From contig CAXXLZ010000002.1 in NCBI GenBank assembly GCA_963675595.2, forward strand, positions 3,904,001 to 3,968,000: a stretch of DNA of 64,000 nucleotides, written 5' to 3'. Position 1 is the first letter of the stretch. Each line of letters begins with the position of its first letter. The notes under the pieces are model-generated. The model ran no database searches, was not told where the DNA came from, and was given only the letters and a program-made list of their open reading frames with translations. The position numbers were made by a program, and so were the translations under genes. Below, piece after piece: positions 61,255 through 64,000 of this stretch. Origin of the DNA: Thermodesulfobacteriota bacterium (lineage in GTDB: Bacteria; Desulfobacterota; Desulfarculia; JACQYL01).

Positions 61255-62040
61255 ATGAGTGATCCCGTGCTGCTGGTTGAAAAGAACGAAGGTATTGTCA
61301 CGCTCACTTTGAATCGGCCTGAAGCGATGAACGCCCTTTCCAACGAGCTCCGGTATCGGTTGACGCAAACTTTCCAGGAACTCCGCGAGGATGCTGAAAC
61401 CCGGGTCGTTATTCTTACCGGAAACGGACGCGCTTTTTGTGCAGGCCTCGATCTGAAGGAAATGGTCGCCGCCGGCGTGGTGCCTTTAGGCCCCGGGGAG
61501 CAAGAGGCGGGCCGAGATTTCAGCGCCGAAATGGACGCCTTCGATCGGCCCATTATCGGCGCCGTCAACGGAGTCGCCGTGACGGGCGGTTTCGAACTGG
61601 CTTTGGCTTGCGACTTTCTCGTGGCTTCATCAGCGGCCCGATTCGCGGACACCCACGCGCGCGTGGGGATCGTTCCGGGTTGGGGGCTCAGCCAGAGACT
61701 CTCGCGGCTCATCGGCATCGGTCGCGCCAAGGAATTATCTTTTACCGGCAACTATATCACGGCGGAACAGGCACTGAGCTGGGGATTGGTGAACCGCGTC
61801 ACCACGCCCGAGGACCTCATGCCGACTTGTCGTGCTCTGGCCGAAGACATGCTGTCCTGTGTTCCGGGCGTGGTTCGGGATTACAAGCGGTTGATCGACG
61901 AGGGATATGGGATGAGTTTCTCGAACGCCCTCGAGATGGAAAAACGTGTTTCCGTGGAATACGCGAAAAGGGTTACGGCGGAGAGTCTTGGCGCGGTGAG
62001 TCGAGGAGTACGGGAGCGAGGAAGGAAACAGACGGAATGA
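61255..62040 (+). CDS. Enoyl-CoA hydratase/isomerase (crotonase) family
   Basis: LNRPEAMNAL, AFCAGLDL, GGFELALACD, FADTHARVG; GGAGG RBS. Confidence 0.92.
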   Translation: MSDPVLLVEKNEGIVTLTLNRPEAMNALSNELRYRLTQTFQELREDAETRVVILTGNGRAFCAGLDLKEMVAAGVVPLGPGEQEAGRDFSAEMDAFDRPIIGAVNGVAVTGGFELALACDFLVASSAARFADTHARVGIVPGWGLSQRLSRLIGIGRAKELSFTGNYITAEQALSWGLVNRVTTPEDLMPTCRALAEDMLSCVPGVVRDYKRLIDEGYGMSFSNALEMEKRVSVEYAKRVTAESLGAVSRGVRERGRKQTE

Positions 62041-62570
62041 GCGCAAGGGGACGGGTGTGCACGCACTGCGGGATTAACTGATGGAATTAGGAACTGCTAA
62101 ATGTTAAGAGAAAAATGGAATCCCTGTGCCCGGAGCGGTGCGGAAAAGCGGAGCCGGGCGGTCGGTATGCCGAGGATGTCGACGCCCTAAGGGGAAATGC
62201 GTGTCTTAGGCTAGGGACACAGGGAAGGGTCCGCTGCTTGGTTGCTGCATACCGTAGAGCGCCGACCGGTCTCGTTGGTGCATTTCACGGAACATACGCG
62301 ACTTCTTCACCGATCCGCCGTTTCCTCGTGTCTCGGTATGCCCGAGACGGGAGGGTCGGAGTGCGGAGAAGCGGATACCCTTGGGCGGGTTTTGCCTCGC
62401 GCGGATCACCGGATTTGCCGCATGCCTCGGGGGAAGGCGCTTTTCTTTTTGGTCCCCGGTATGTTTTCGGCTTGAATTGTTTTCGGCTCGCTGTGAGCTA
62501 GAAGGTTTCGGAGGGTGACCCGAAAGGGAAACCGCACGATTCATTTCGTTCAAAGGAGGACGACGGACCC

Positions 62571-64000
62571 ATGTCGGTGGACACGAACCTCAAGATCTTG
62601 GTGGTGGAAGATTCGGGCATTACTCGCAAGATGGAGATCAAGGCCCTGAATCAACTGGGCTTCAACCGTGTCGTCGAAGCGGAAGACGGCGTCCAGGCGT
62701 CTAAGATGCTTGCCGAACAAGCGGATGTGGACCTGATCATCAGCGACTGGAACATGCCCAATATGGACGGATACGAGTTGTTGTGCCAGGTCCGGTCCAA
62801 TGAACTCACGCGGGAGGTTCCATTCATCATGGCCACCGCGAGGGGAGAGAAAAAACAGGCGGAGAAGGCGATATCCGCCGGTGTCAGCAGCTTCATCAGC
62901 AAGCCTTTCAGTCCGCCGGAACTCAAGGAGGTCATCGAGTCGGTTCTGCAATCACCCGGTGCCGCCGTAGTCGAGAAGAGCGGGATCAGGGTCCCGGAAA
63001 TGACGGATTCCGGTAAATTGCGGCTGAATATAGGACATATTCAAATTACCGACCACCTTACCCTGGGAGTCCTGCAACACCTTATTCGTTCCGAGAAGCT
63101 CGCTCCCCGGCATTTTGAGCTCGCAACCCATTGCATGCCCAGTTGGAATCCCGTCCAGAGGGCTTTGGAAAAAGGAGAACTTGACGGGGCCTTCGTGCTT
63201 GCTCCCATCGCCATGGACCTGTTCTCCTATGGAGTTCCCCTGAAACTGGTTCTTTTCGCTCATAAGAACGGCAGCATCGCGGTTCAAAAAAAGAGGGGAA
63301 AGTCCGACGGCGAAACAGATTTGAAGAGCCGGTTCGAAGGAAAGACTTTTTACATTCCTCATGAGCTTTCGATCCATCACATGCTGTCACACATGTTCTT
63401 GAAAGAAATCGGGCTCAAGCCGGGAGCCGTGGGGAGAGGCGAATTCGACGTGTTTTTCGAAGTCGTACCCCCTGTGCGCATGCCCGAATTTCTCAAGACC
63501 AATCCGGAGGCCGGGGGATATATGGTGGCGGAGCCATTGGGGACCAAAGCCATAGCTGAAGGGATCGCGGATCAGCTGTTTTTGTCGGGGCAGATGTGGA
63601 CCAATCATCCGTGCTGTGTGGTGGCGCTGAGGGAAGAAGTGCTCAAAGAACACGAGGGTGCGGTGCAGGAGTTCGTAGAGATGCTTGTGGAATCGGGGCG
63701 GTTTATTCAGCAGAAGCCCGAGGCTGCGGCGGAAATCGGGGTGGCCTTTCTCGATCCCGAAAAGACCCTCGGACTCAAGGTACCGGTGCTGAAGAACGTG
63801 CTGAAAGAGGCCCAGGGAATCAAGACACACGACTTGTTCCCCGTGGTAGACGATTTGAAGCGTATCGCCGACTACATGGGAGAAGAGATGGGCATCGGCG
63901 CACCTTTGGATTTTGGCGACTTCGTGGAGACACGGTTTGCCGAAGCGGCGTGCGGCGGCATCATGGAACGTTCGGCCTTCCGTCAGGTAGGGGACATCAT
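62571..64000 (+). CDS. CheY-like receiver fused to an NrtA/CmpA (NMT1-like) substrate-binding domain, partial (runs off window end)
   Basis: Not in the ORF track. Manual translation: MSVDTNLKILVVEDS...ISDWNMP...SKPF, then IGHIQITDHL, SWNPV, LAPIAMDL, HKNGS, AEPLG, HPCCVV; GGAGG RBS. Confidence 0.85.
   Translation, partial: MSVDTNLKILVVEDSGITRKMEIKALNQLGFNRVVEAEDGVQASKMLAEQADVDLIISDWNMPNMDGYELLCQVRSNELTREVPFIMATARGEKKQAEKAISAGVSSFISKPFSPPELKEVIESVLQSPGAAVVEKSGIRVPEMTDSGKLRLNIGHIQITDHLTLGVLQHLIRSEKLAPRHFELATHCMPSWNPVQRALEKGELDGAFVLAPIAMDLFSYGVPLKLVLFAHKNGSIAVQKKRGKSDGETDLKSRFEGKTFYIPHELSIHHMLSHMFLKEIGLKPGAVGRGEFDVFFEVVPPVRMPEFLKTNPEAGGYMVAEPLGTKAIAEGIADQLFLSGQMWTNHPCCVVALREEVLKEHEGAVQEFVEMLVESGRFIQQKPEAAAEIGVAFLDPEKTLGLKVPVLKNVLKEAQGIKTHDLFPVVDDLKRIADYMGEEMGIGAPLDFGDFVETRFAEAACGGIMERSAFRQVGDI

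Noticed and set aside
62041-62570. c-di-GMP riboswitch upstream of the receiver fusion (CCCGAAAGGG hairpin)
   Set aside because: Only a GNRA hairpin is present; the GCAAA...GACGCAAAGC framework is missing.
1-64000. Selenoprotein (in-frame TGA) candidates among the redox genes
   Set aside because: The DsrE, ArsM-like, radical SAM and microprotein frames are uninterrupted and use Cys; I saw no TGA at a conserved Cys position.
1-64000. CRISPR array, tRNA/rRNA, IS/transposase, integrase or prophage genes
   Set aside because: No regularly spaced repeats, cloverleafs or mobile-element motifs seen by eye; a covariance-model scan could still find small RNAs.

Overview
GC-rich (about 60%) chromosomal window from an anaerobic bacterium, most likely Desulfobacterota/deltaproteobacterial, judged from gene content: aspartate-semialdehyde sulfurtransferase pair, IspH-UbiA fusion, HAO-family multiheme protein, several B12 radical SAM enzymes and RecBCD. 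It holds about 46 CDS, two of them cut by the window edges. I recognised no rRNA, tRNA, CRISPR array, IS element or prophage. The most unusual elements: (1) a 1063-aa radical SAM + ArsM-like methyltransferase + Cys-rich fusion next to Mop and DUF364 genes; (2) a ketosynthase / phytoene-desaturase-like / two B12-radical-SAM lipid-tailoring cluster; (3) a single polypeptide joining a monoheme domain, a 4-helix membrane domain, a cytochrome b5 domain and an octaheme HAO-like domain; (4) divergent from it, a Cys microprotein, DUF1638 and a Crp/Fnr gene behind an NtcA-type palindrome at -41.5; (5) a MarR-DsrE-FadL unit; (6) an acyl-CoA dehydrogenase / ThDP enzyme / thiolase-DUF35 catabolic unit; (7) a class III cyclase with non-canonical base-specifying residues. 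All product calls come from motif recognition by eye, not from database searches.
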